In this document: one piece after another, positions 25,695 through 37,565 of the stretch
Numbering within the stretch: position 1 is the stretch's first letter
Layout: every line of letters begins with the position of its first letter
Source: Reclinomonas americana ATCC 50394
Lineage: Eukaryota
Reading direction: 5' to 3'
DNA: 47,427 nt
NCBI GenBank assembly: GCA_048213135.1
Contig: PS015121.1
Location: 175,562-222,988, forward strand
The notes under the pieces: model-generated
What the model saw: the letters and a program-made list of their open reading frames with translations, nothing else
Database searches by the model: none
What the model was told of the DNA's origin: nothing
Translations under genes and position numbers: made by a program

Positions 25695-28600
25695 TCATGA
25701 GTCGCCAGCGGCCTCAAGCTCGTGTGCTCGGGCAGCTGCTCGACGTCGTGCAGCTTGCAGACGCTTCTCGCGCTCGGCCTCCACATCGAGTATGCGGAAC
25801 AACGACTGCACGAATCGCAGATGTCAGAAGAAGGCACTCGACTGACTTCAGGCACACCGCACACACCTTAACCAAGGGTCTCCGATCGCGTGAAGGTGGC
25901 GCAGCATGTAGGCACTTGGAGAGCGCACCCAACAGTCGTTCCAGTGCGTCCGCTTGCCAGCCGTCTGTTCTGGCGACCAGTTGCCTGCCGAGCTCCTCCA
26001 GGTCGCTCTCGTCCAGCACCAGCGGCTCCACGACAACGTCAGGTACCTCCTCTTCCTCCTCTTCTTCTTCGTCCTCCTCTACTTCTTGACCTTCTTCGTG
26101 CTTCCCCTCCCCATCATCATCGTGGCCACCCTGATCCCCAGCCGACGCAGCCTCTTGCTCCATCGGCACATCGCCAGTCTCCTTCTCCGCGTGCCCCGAC
26201 GCCGCCTCCTCCCCGTCCACGCGCATCTCGTCGCCGTCCTCACGCTCCGAGTGCACAGACTCCTCGTCCACAATCGCAGTCGATACCACCGAGACAACCA
26301 CTTCTGCCGACATTTCCACATCCTCACCGTCGCGCTCTTCTTCTTTCCTCTCCTGCTCTTCGTCCTCCTCCTCGTCGTCCTCCTCATCGTGCTCGGCCGG
26401 AGGTTGGCCTTTCTCCTTTTCATCCTCCTCCTCCTCCTTCTCCTCCTTGTCCTCCTCCTCTTCTTCCTCTTCGTCATGCAGCACGCGTCGCCGGCTGACA
26501 GGTGGTGGCGCTGCTGCCGCCGACGACAGTGACGTCGGCGATGACCGCAGCGATGACGACAAGGAACCCGACCTCGCCGAGGCACTCGCACTCTTGGCCA
26601 CCCCCAGCATCTCCATGTCCTCTTCGGCCATTTCTACAGCCCCGGCGGCAATGGCAGCCGCCGCCGCCGCCTCGATGGCCTCCATACCTGCACGAGCCCG
26701 GCCGGTCGACGGCAGTGGCACCTCGTCGGCCTCCTTTCTCGCCAGTCGTGCGCTGAAGCGTAGTCCGGCTTTATACGCTGTGCAGTCGGCGGTGAGCACA
26801 AGTGAGTCAGAAGCACAGAAGCACGTACGCCAATCGACTCACCGCTACTTGGAGGTGCCTCGCGTACTTCTGCGAGCTCCTCTTCTTCCAGCTTCTTGTT
26901 GTCGGCATCGGTGGCTCGCCGCGTCGTAATCTCGTTGCACATGCGCAGCAGGCCGCGGTGGAATCGGTTCACTTCCGAGAGCGCCACATCCCACATGGCC
27001 TTGGACTGCAGGCAAGAAAAAATTAGGCAATCTCTCACGACTGGGACACAGAGCACGGAAGAAGAGCGCACCCGATGGAGCAGGCGACGACCGTTGTTGT
27101 CATTCGCATTGTTGTACGCTTCCACGTTGTCGACAATCTGTCCAAGGTCGTCCATGAAACTGCCAAACCGAAAAGAGTGAGCACATGTGATACGCGTGTG
27201 TACACAAGCGATTCCAACCTTGCGATATCAGTGTACCGACCGTCCTCGATGCGGTCCAGAATGTCGTTCAGACACAGCGGCTTGGTGACATAATCCATGT
27301 AATCCGGGACCTCTTCCAGATCCTGCGACAAATTGGTGGGCATTTCGCAACACGGCACCGCCACGAATCGACCCACGCAACGACGGGCTGCACAAACGCT
27401 CGGAACTTGTTGTCCGCGACGAGCTTAAGTACCAGGTCGCGCAGGAGGATGCGCAGTTCCCGCAAGACGCCTTCCTCCACTCGTCGCAACGTTCTCTTCT
27501 GCTCCAGCGTCAGAGTCGCAGGCTTTTCGGGCTGCGCCTTGGCCGGCTTGCGGCTCTGTACAGCAACGCAGTTTACTCCTCCATGGTGCGGCGACGGAGA
27601 GCAATAAGCGCGCTCACCTTTTTCACCTTCTTCTGCGCACCGCCACTCTGTTGCAACGGATCCGTGCGCAGCAGAGTAAAGAGCTCGTCAAACATCGACT
27701 TCCGCTCCTCCTGCGCGTACGAGTGTGAGTCGGCGCTGGGTGCCGAGGAAAATGCAAACACGATGTACGCAACGGCGTGGAGACGGCGCACAAAATGCTG
27801 CGCGCTAGGATCCAGCACACACACGAGGTCGTCCGGCAGAACCCTCTCCACCATTTCTTCGGCCTCCATTTCCGATACTGCATCATCAGCCTGCGGCACC
27901 GTGCATGTGGCCAGCAGAAGCACAGGGAGCCGCGGGTCCGTGTCCTCAAACTGCGAGACAATCAGTTGCCGTGTCGCTTCGGAGCCTGCACGAGACACAC
28001 ACACACACACGAGCGCATGAGCCGGCAGAAGGCAAAGCGAGAGAGAGAGAGAGAGCACTTCCTTACTCCCCACCGTTCTTCCAGATGCGATCCAGGTGCG
28101 GCAGGTACACGATCGATGGTGCGTGAGCACGCGCCTCCTGAAACATTTGTGCCATGGACTCCTCCATCGACTGCACAACACGCCAGCATGAGCAAGAGGA
28201 GACAGGTCGCACCGACAACAGCCTGCACACCTTGGAGATGGGATTCATCAGCATGCTTTGCACGTCCACAGAAAACACCGGCACCTCCTCCAGTATCTGC
28301 AGCAGCACACGCGGCACACTCAGTGAGGTCAAGTCACTCAACAAAACTTAAAAACAGATCGGCGAGCGCAACATGCAACACAGCTGGGGCGATCAGAGAT
28401 GTTTCACCCGAACCCCGTTCACCGGCAATCACAAATGCGGGTCGCACGAACAAGTCTGACGACCCCCCGACCGCACACGTGAGTACAGCACTCAACAAAA
28501 ACCACATCAACTGCAAGAGAACGTACCAAGCCGATTCTCAAACGGTGACGCGTCGGTGCTCCTGTGGCTTTCGTCGCCTTGCAGGACTGTCGTGTAGGAA

Positions 28601-31600
28601 AGAAGACATGAGCAAAAACTGTGGACAAACAAACGAACCACACATGCGACGCAACGACGCAAGTGGCGCAGCAACGAGGGTACCGGAAAAACACTGGCCA
28701 GACGCCTCGCAATCTGAAGCAGCTGCGGAGCGAACGCCGTCTGAAAGGCTGACGGCAGGGCCCGGCTGTGTACGCTCGCGGCACGATGAGCTGCAGGCGT
28801 CAGCTGTGCATTGTCGAGTCAAGGAGTAACATGGCGACAAACGCGATATCACACACAGTCGAGGCGTGACAAGAAAAAAGGATATTCTTCAGCGCGGCGA
28901 AAAAGTCCGACTCGCTGACCTCGACATCGGTGACGTCCAAGTCGAGCTTGTCGTCCGTGGCATACACCTCGGGGAACGAGCGACGCAGTGCACTGAGCGC
29001 CGCCTCGGAGCACAATGCCTGCACGATATGCACCAGTGTTAGGATGCGTAGTGGGAGACGCAAGTGTGTTGTTAAACAAATCACCTTGATGTCGGCACCA
29101 CAGTAGCCGACGGTCTTGGTGGCAATGATTTCGCGCAGTTCCGCAGACGGCTGCGCCTTCCAGTTGCGCGTGTGGATGTCGAGAATCGTTCCGCGCGCAT
29201 CCCTTGTTGGCAACGGGAAGAGAAACTCGCGGTCAAAGCGACCGGGGCGACGCAACGCGGGGTCGACAGCATCGGGTCGGTTGGTGGCGCCAATGATAAT
29301 CACTTGGCCTGCATGGGACGAACAACCACACGCTGTCAGCGACTCCCTTCGTCAGCACACACGGCGGTCACTCACTCACTCACTCACCTCTGCTGTCGAG
29401 ACCGTCCATGAGCGCCAGAAGCGTCGACACGATCGAGCTGTGGATGTAGTCCTGTCGCGACGATCGCACCGGTGCCAACCCTGCATGCAACTCACGTGAG
29501 AAGACTGTGCCGTTGTCACTGCTGGCATCAAAACGGCGCACANNNNNNNNNNNNNNNNNNNNNNNNNNNNNNNNNNNNNNNNNNNNNNNNNNNNNNNNNN
29601 NNNNNNNNNNNNNNNNNNNNNNNNNNNNNNNNNNNNNNNNNNNNNNNNNNNNNNNNNNNNNNNNNNNNNNNNNNNNNNNNNNNNNNNNNNNNNNNNNNNN
29701 NNNNNNNNNNNNCCATCGATTTCGTCGAAAAAGATAATGGCCGGCTGGTTCCGCTGCGCCTCCTCAAACAGGATGCGCAACTGTCGCTCCGTCTCGCCGA
29801 CCCACTTGCTCAGACAATCGGCACCCTTGCGCATGTAGAACGCCACACGCTTGCCAGCCTACCTCGCATATGAGGAATCACCTCGTGTGTGACGTGTTGG
29901 CACGGACAGGCAACGCAACAGTGGAGCACGTGTTGGCTAGCGCACGAGCCGTGAGAGTCTTGCCGGTACCCGGTGGGCCGTAGAACAGCACACCACGCGG
30001 CGGCGCCATTTTGAATTGTGCGAAAAACTCGGGGTACAGCAACGGCAGCATGACCATCTCCTTGAGTGCCTTGACATCTGTGCGCCAAGCAAAAAATGTC
30101 GGCGACCAGTGCAGCCCAAACGCACACAGTTGCACGCCAACACGCAACGCTCGTCAAGACCGCCAATGGCACTCCAATCCACCGAGCGATCGATCTCCAA
30201 CTTTTGCGAGTCGCTGAAGAGTGTCGGGTTGTGCTTCATGCGCTTGTAGGCTGTACGAGGCGAGTAGCCTTCTTCGGCCGCCAAATCCTCCTTATCCTCG
30301 TTCAAGTTGAGCGGAAGCATGCCACTGCGAATGGCCGGCTTGTCGGCGCGAGAGGCGGTGGAGCCCGGAGGACGACCCCTTCCGCGTTTCTCCCGATGGG
30401 ACGTGCCGCCCTGATCGGAATCCGAATACATGGCACTCTGTGCACACGTCNNNNNNNNNNNNNNNNNNNNCCACAGCGTGAGCAATGCACGCATCTCGAG
30501 CAGCCAGGCGACAGTGTGTGCACGAACCAAACTCGAATCGGACCAGCCAATGCGATCCCAGTCGCTGTTGCAGAATGGTGAGCCAACAACACACACATCA
30601 CACACACACAACATGCAGATGGCCGAGGAAACCACACACCGCCGATCCGACGTCGCCCGTGAACCACGGTACTCGCCACCTCGTCGTCTCCGTCGCTCAC
30701 CGTCGTGCGTTTGTTTCTTGAACGACCGATGCACAGCAGAGGCCTCGGCACGCTCTTGCAGCGACTTCTCCGACAGCGATGGCATGTTTTCACGCGAACG
30801 CAGCGCGTATCGCTTTCGCATGCCAAGCAACTCCTCCAGCGTTTCGCGCTGCTGCTGTACAGCTGTGAAAGGCGAGGTGAAAAATCGCGACGGTAAAGGC
30901 ATCATCTAAGCGAAGCGAACCGGCGCTGTTGGCGTTCTCCGAGTTGCTCAGTACACGCATCTCGGTCGAGATTCGCCGCTTGAGTCCGCGAGTAACACGG
31001 CGATTGATGGCACCAAACACATTCTCGACATCAATGTCGTCGGCGGGCGAGGCGGTTCGGTTGCCGCGACCTGCACGACATGTTTCAGCCTCTCCCGTGT
31101 GCACACACAGGTTTGCCCTCCAAACCCAAGTACCAGCTCGTTTCCCGTCTCCGTCACTGTCATCATCATCGTCATCGTCGTCCTCATCCCCGTCGTCCTC
31201 CTCCACAAACTCCTGCAGTGCGCCACAAGAGTCAATACAAACACACACGTACATTCGGCGTGAAATTCAGGCGCAACATCGTCAGAGTCCTCGAAATATG
31301 AGGGTCTACGGCGTTGGCGCTGCGAAAGTCGTCGCCCGCCTCCATCCGCACCGCCCGCATCGTCGTGCTTGGCGCTCGCCTCGCCACCATTCGGCGCATC
31401 CTGTGGCAGCACTCGACGATGAGTGCATGACTGCTGTTAGTAACTCATTGCGTTTTTCCGCACCTGATTCCCGCGCGGCATGACTGCCCGCAGTCGATTG
31501 CGAGTGACGGGTCCACTCTCCGCCAGCACGCTCTCCAGTGCATCCGCGGTGCCGGCCTCTGCAGCCGTCTGACTGCGCGTCAAACGCACACGCTGCAGCT

Positions 31601-33780
31601 GCCTCTCCGACTGGACGACTGCGAGGAACAGGTAAGTGAGCACACGAGGCTCCCAACATTTGCAAGTCGTTCACACAAGCACCAACCCTTGTCGGCATCC
31701 TCGTCCTCGTCCTCATCCTCATCGTCGTCATGCTCATCCTCGCCGTCGTCGCCACTCTCTTCGTCCTCCTGCGGCACGGACACTCGGCGTCGCCGCGTCA
31801 TATAGCCATGAGAAGGAGCCGCTTGTTCGCCCCCCTCGCCCGCCATGTCGGCTGGCAACGGCGGCAGCGCAGAAAAGTCGACTGCCGACTGCTGCGGCGA
31901 GCCGAACCTCTGCTCCGCGCGCTGGTGGTGACGCAAAGTCCGATTGTTGCGTGGAGGTGGGCGCGACTGGGCGGCCTCGGCACTCGCAGAATACTTGGGC
32001 GGCCGACCACGGCCACGCTTCGCCGGCGTGCTGTCGCTGTGTGACGCCGGCGACGTGAAAGTCGACGTCAGTGGCGGTGGTTGCTGCTGCCCGTCGACGT
32101 ACGTGATGGAGGTGGTGGTCGACGATATCACCGTCTGCGATGGCTCTCCACCCATGGCTGCTGCCACTGCGGCGGCTGAGGCGAACCGTCCACCGACTCG
32201 GTACTGCGTGCGACGCACCTGCTCCTGCTGTTGTTGTTGGCGTGCGGCTTGTCGCGACTGCGGCCGTTGTCGCTGTCGTGGTCGTTGCTGCGGTCGCCGC
32301 TGTCGTCGCCGTCGACCGTACTCTTCACTCGACGAATCCTCCTCCTCCTCGTCATCATCATCTTCGTGCATAGCATCATCATCGTCATCATCATCATCCA
32401 CCTCGTCCTCCTCGTCGCCCAGTGACTCATCATCGTCCGGTCGCCACGCCACACGCCGTCGCTTCTCCGGTGGCGCATCAGTGGTGCTGGTGGTCGTCGT
32501 GGTCGTGCTTGCCGCGGCCGCGGCGCTCGCCTCGCCAGTTGTCGACTCCTCCTGCTGCGGATTGTAAATATACGGAGGACGGAGTCGGCGACCCGGTGTT
32601 CGCTGCTGCTCCTGTCGCTCCCGGACCCTTCTGTCCTCCTCTTGCTGCAGCATCATCGCCAGCTGGCCCGGGGGAGGTGGCAAGGAGAGGGGAAGGAAAT
32701 CACGCAAATTGATAAGCATGTGCATTGTGTGTGCATGCATGTGCAAAAATCATCGGTCGGCGCACCTTGTGATCTTCGTCCTCGGTCGATGACCTCGTGC
32801 GCTTTCCCGTCGACTCGCCGATCGCCGCATGGAAGGTGGCGCTGTCGGGGTCGACAAACTGTTGACGCACACCCGCATAGACACAGCAGAGAGGGAGGGG
32901 CGTGTGAGTGCGAATTTTTCGCAAACAAGGCGTATGCAATGTGCATGNNNNNNNNNNNNNNNNNNNNNNNNNNNNNNNNNNNNNNNNNNNNNNNNNNNNN
33001 NNNNNNNNNNNNNNNNNNNNNNNNNNNNNNNNNNNNNNNNNNNNNNNNNNNNNNNNNNNNNNNNNNNNNNNNNNNNNNNNNNNNNNNNNNNNNNNNNNNN
33101 NNNNNNNNNNNNNNNNNNNNNNNNNNNNNNNNNNNNNNNNNNNNNNNNNNNNNNNNNNNNNNNNNNNNNNNNNNNNNNNNNNNNNNNNNNNNNNNNNNNN
33201 NNNNNNNNNNNNNNNNNNNNNNNNNNNNNNNNNNNNNNNNNNNNNNNNNNNNNNNNNNNNNNNNNNNNNNNNNNNNNNNNNNNNNNNNNNNNNNNNNNNN
33301 NNNNNNNNNNNNNNNNNNNNNNNNNNNNNNNNNNNNNNNNNNNNNNNNNNNNNNNNNNNNNNNNNNNNNNNNNNNNNNNNNNNNNNNNNNNNNNNNNNNN
33401 NNNNNNNNNNNNNNNNNNNNNNNNNNNNNNNNNNNNNNNNNNNNNNNNNNNNNNNNNNNNNNNNNNNNNNNNNNNNNNNNNNNNNNNNNNNNNNNNNNNN
33501 NNNNNNNNNNNNNNNNNNNNNNNNNNNNNNNNNNNNNNNNNNNNNNNNNNNNNNNNNNNNNNNNNNNNNNNNNNNNNNNNNNNNNNNNNNNNNNNNNNNN
33601 NNNNNNNNNNNNNNNNNNNNNNNNNNNNNNNNNNNNNNNNNNNNNNNNNNNNNNNNNNNNNNNNNNNNNNNNNNNAAAAAGTTGTTGTTGTTGTCTGTGT
33701 CTGTGTGTGAGAGACAGGGTACGCACGTTGGCCATTTCCGTTCCGTGCCGCGCTCGACTGGAGCGACGCGGCGCATCCAT
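25695..33780 (-). CDS. ATAD2: ATAD2/Yta7-family AAA+ ATPase with bromodomain, acidic tracts and AT-hooks
   Basis: LKEMVMLPLLYPE, GPPGTGKT, FYMRKGADCLSKWVGETERQLR, FFDEIDGLAPVRS, IGATNRPDAVDPALRRPGRFDREF, a degenerate second AAA domain, and bromodomain FVQPVDLEEVPDYMDYVTKPL..NVEAYN. The first exon (ATG 33780) is inferred across an N-gap. Confidence 0.93.
28806..28885 (-). other. U12-type (minor spliceosome) AT-AC intron in ATAD2, 80 nt
   Basis: 5' site ATATCCTTTT, branch site TCCTTGAC ending 12 nt before the 3' end, terminal AC. Removal gives in-frame FFAALKKLTPAAHRAAS. Confidence 0.88.
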
Positions 33781-34399
33781 TGCTCGAGTCGAGGGCACAC
33801 AGGGGGCGGGGGGCGGGGATGGCACGCGAGGAGTGTGCTGGAGTGCGTGCACTGCTCGGAAAGTCAATGGCAAACTCGAAGTGGCGGGAAGACAGATGGC
33901 TGTCACGCGAGCATACCAATTGACCTCGAGCTCGGAAAGTGTTTGTGGATTCATTATATTCCGTGGCAGCGGCCGTGGTCGTAAGCGAAGTCGCGGTCGA
34001 GAAAGGGGTCCAGATCAGCAATCTGGAGGAAGTCCAGAACGATCGATATTGATCCGAATCAGGATCCTGCTCGCAGTTGGAACTGCGCCATGAAGAGGTC
34101 AGGATGAAGGGGCTCCGTCCGGATCCAGGCGTGTGCAGTGGAGGCTGCCATCGATATCATAATTCCGATCGCGACGCAGCGACGTTCGCATATCGCTGCG
34201 TGCGCAAGCGATCATGTCACAGCAGCAGCCTCTTTCACATGGTACTCGCGCCATGCAGCTGTTTCTATCGGATCGGGTGACACGTGTCCGTGCGCGCTTC
34301 TTGCTGCCCGGTCGTCCCAAAAAACCGTGTGAGAGCTCTCTCTGCGAAAAAAGTGCAATTTCAGCTTTTTCTTTGTTGTTGTCGTCGCACGCACTGACA

Positions 34400-37300
34400 A
34401 TGGCCAACACCTTCCTCAACTTTGAGTACGAGCAGAAAGTCACTCGTCTGGCTGTTGCGTACGACACACGCCACTCTCCTCTCCTCTTGTCCCTTTTCTG
34501 TCTCTCTTTTTTTTACATCTTTCACCCTTTGTTGCACGCGCGCGCTCTCTCTCTCTCACGCACACACCCACGCTCACAGGTGAAGCCGACGATGAGTCTC
34601 GCCGAGTCTGTCAACGAATTCTGTCGCGCGAGTGGCGTGGACTCGGATTCCTCACGCTTGGCGCTGACACATCAAGGTCATCCACTTGACATGTCGCTGC
34701 AGGTGAGGAGGAGGAGGAGGAGCAATGCTGACTTGGCGTCCTCCAGTCGCTGACACTCACCTCTGTGTGCGNNNNNNNNNNNNNNNNNNNNNNNNNNNNN
34801 NNNNNNNNNNNNNNNNNNNNNNNNNNNNNNNNNNNNNNNNNNNNNNNNNNNNNNNNNNNNNNNNNNNNNNNNNNNNNNNNNNNNNNNNNNNNNNNNNNNN
34901 NNNNNNNNNNNNNNNNNNNNNNNNNNNNNNNNNNNNNNNNNNNNNNNNNNNNNNNNNNNNNNNNNNNNNNNNNNNNNNNNNNNNNNNNNNNNNNNNNNNN
35001 NNNNNNNNNNNNNNNNNNNNNNNNNNNNNNNNNNNNNNNNNNNNNNNNNNNNNNNNNNNNNNNNNNNNNNNNNNNNNNNNNNNNNNNNNNNNNNNNNNNN
35101 NNNNNNNNNNNNNNNNNNNNNNNNNNNNNNNNNNNNNNNNNNNNNNNNNNNNNNNNNNNNNNNNNNNNNNNNNNNNNNNNNNNNNNNNNNNNNNNNNNNN
35201 NNNNNNNNNNNNNNNNNNNNNNNNNNNNNNNNNNNNNNNNNNNNNNNNNNNNNNNNNNNNNNNNNNNNNNNNNNNNNNNNNNNNNNNNNNNNNNNNNNNN
35301 NNNNNNNNNNNNNNNNNNNNNNNNNNNNNNNNNNNNNNNNNNNNNNNNNNNNNNNNNNNNNNNNNNNNNNNNNNNNNNNNNNNNNNNNNNNNNNNNNNNN
35401 NNNNNNNNNNNNNNNNNNNNNNNNNNNNNNNNNNNNNNNNNNNNNNNNNNNNNNNNNNNNNNNNNNNNNNNNNNNNNNNNNNNNNNNNNNNNNNNNNNNN
35501 NNNNNNNNNNNNCCCGCGCGACGCACCGGAACAGCACAGAGCTCCCGTCCCCGAATCCCATGTAGCGAAGTGTGCGACCGAGCTCGACATCAGTGAGCTT
35601 GCGCTGCTCGAACTGCAACACTGGTCGACCGGCCTCGTTCTGTGTGAAGCTCTCCGGTTGCGACGCCTCACTGCACAGCCAAGGTGAGACGTGTGAGGCG
35701 TCAGAGGTGATGGCGTCACCACGCAACAGCTGCTGAAGCATCTCCAACAGAGTGCAATCGCCATCCACAAAGCCCTGCACGCGTTGACGCGACGGAGTCT
35801 GCACGGCCACAGTCACGGTAATAGGATCTGCGGCGAAGTGGTCAGTGCGCTTCAGAGAGCACACAGAAAGAGGGGTGTGTGTAAACCTGTGGAGGCCGGC
35901 ACCACTTGCAAGCGAGCATTCGGAGTCAAGTTGGCATATCGCAGCTGNNNNNNNNNNNNNNNNNNNNNNNNNNNNNNNNNNNNNNNNNNNNNNNNNNNNN
36001 NNNNNNNNNNNNNNNNNNNNNNNNNNNNNNNNNNNNNNNNNNNNNNNNNNNNNNNNNNNNNNNNNNNNNNNNNNNNNNNNNTGAGGGGGGAGCGGGCTAG
36101 GCGATGCTCTCGATGACTCACAGACTGCTGTCGCGTGTAGGTTGTCCTTTGAGGCTGCCCGAGTGCCCGAGCCAGTGGTTGCGGCGCCTGCTGCTGCCGC
36201 TGCTGCTGCCGCCGCCGCCGGTTCTACAGCGTCTGGCAGGTATGGCCATGATACCTGCGAGCTCCCACCTGTCCACTCAGAGGAACTAAACATTGTGCGT
36301 GCGATGCAGTGCCGTCACACCCATGGCAGTCGACTCCGCGGTGCCGCCTCCGGCTCCCGCCTCTCCTGGAACGATTGCGCGGCAAGCCGGCGTGTATCGT
36401 GTGCCGGCCGCTGTTGGTGCTGGTGCGTTCATGTCACGTGTTGTCGGTGTGTTGTCTGCCTGTTGTTGCCAACGCGCGTGACCGCCGCAGTTCCCGATCC
36501 CGACGAGTCGGATGACTTCTTCGAGGTCACTCCCGAGGATTTGCTGCTGGCCGCCGACAGCCTGGCTGCCCGTGTGCACACGACCTTCCGCCGTCGCGGA
36601 GGACCAGCTCCCGAGGACACGTCGTTGGTGCCGGTGCGGTTACCCTATTGTTGCTGGTTGTTGTGCCTGCGTGCCTCACTTCCACTCGTCGCGGCAGACA
36701 ACCGTTCGAGTCAAGTTCGGCAACGGTCTCATGCTGCAAGCAACGTATCGCTCCGATGAACTTGTGCGCGAGCTGTTCGACTTTATCCGCAGCCATTTGC
36801 GCGATCCGTGGATCCCGTTCTGCGTCGGTGAGTGAGAGAAATGCTCAACAAGCTCCGCGGTAGTCTCATAAATCGTCACTCTGCAGCCATTCCCACCTCC
36901 ACGGCCTCTACGGTGACCGACGAGACGCTCACATTCCGGCAAGCAGGCCTGGTGCCATCCACGGTGGTCGTTTTCAAAAGTGACGGTGCGTGCATGTGTG
37001 TGTGTGTGTGCCGTGCCTTGTCTCCACGAACTCACTGCTTGTTCTGCAGCTGGCTCGGCCGCGGAGCTTCTGAAGCCCGAGGTGTTGGAGGAGGCGACCA
37101 GTCCACCACCGCGTCCGTTTGTTGCGCAAGCCGAGACACCACCGGCAGCCGCTGCTCGGGGGTCACCATCGGCAGCCAGTGGCAGTGGATCGTCGTCCTC
37201 GGCGGGCTCGTCGTCCGGTGGTGGCAGGCGATTGGGTGATCCGGCCCCCAGTCGGCTGGTCACGTCTGCGGGTCCACGCAGACTCGGCAGCCGGGCAGAG

Positions 37301-37488
37301 TCTGCGGCTGACGGCAGCGGCGGGCAGGTTTGTGTGCGGAGCTGCTTGGCAAAAGTTATATGTGCGTGCGTATTGACGTGTTAATCCCATCTCTCCAGGC
37401 GTCTGGTGCCGGCGGATCGTCCTCGTCGTCGTCTTCCGGCGCACCTCGTGGCGGCTCCGGTGCCAAGCCCAAGTGGCTCAAGCTGTGA
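34400..37488 (+). CDS. ASPSCR1: TUG/ASPSCR1 (UBXN9, Ubx4/PUX1-like) UBL-UBX p97 adaptor; internal exons at 35513-35947 are assembled in inverted orientation
   Basis: UBL1 VKPTMSLAESVNEFC..LDMSLQ|LRYANLTPNARL, DESDDFFEVTPEDL, UBX TTVRVKFGNGLMLQATY..AGLVPS, and C-terminal KPKWLKL*. Confidence 0.88.
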
Positions 37489-37565
37489 CCAGCTTTGATT
37501 CTCATCACGTACACCAAAACAGAGTAAACATGATACATTTCTTCGAGAAGCTTTTCTGTTCTAAA

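Noticed and set aside
32642-36293. Long ORFs dominated by X
   Set aside because: Artefacts of reading through N-gaps.
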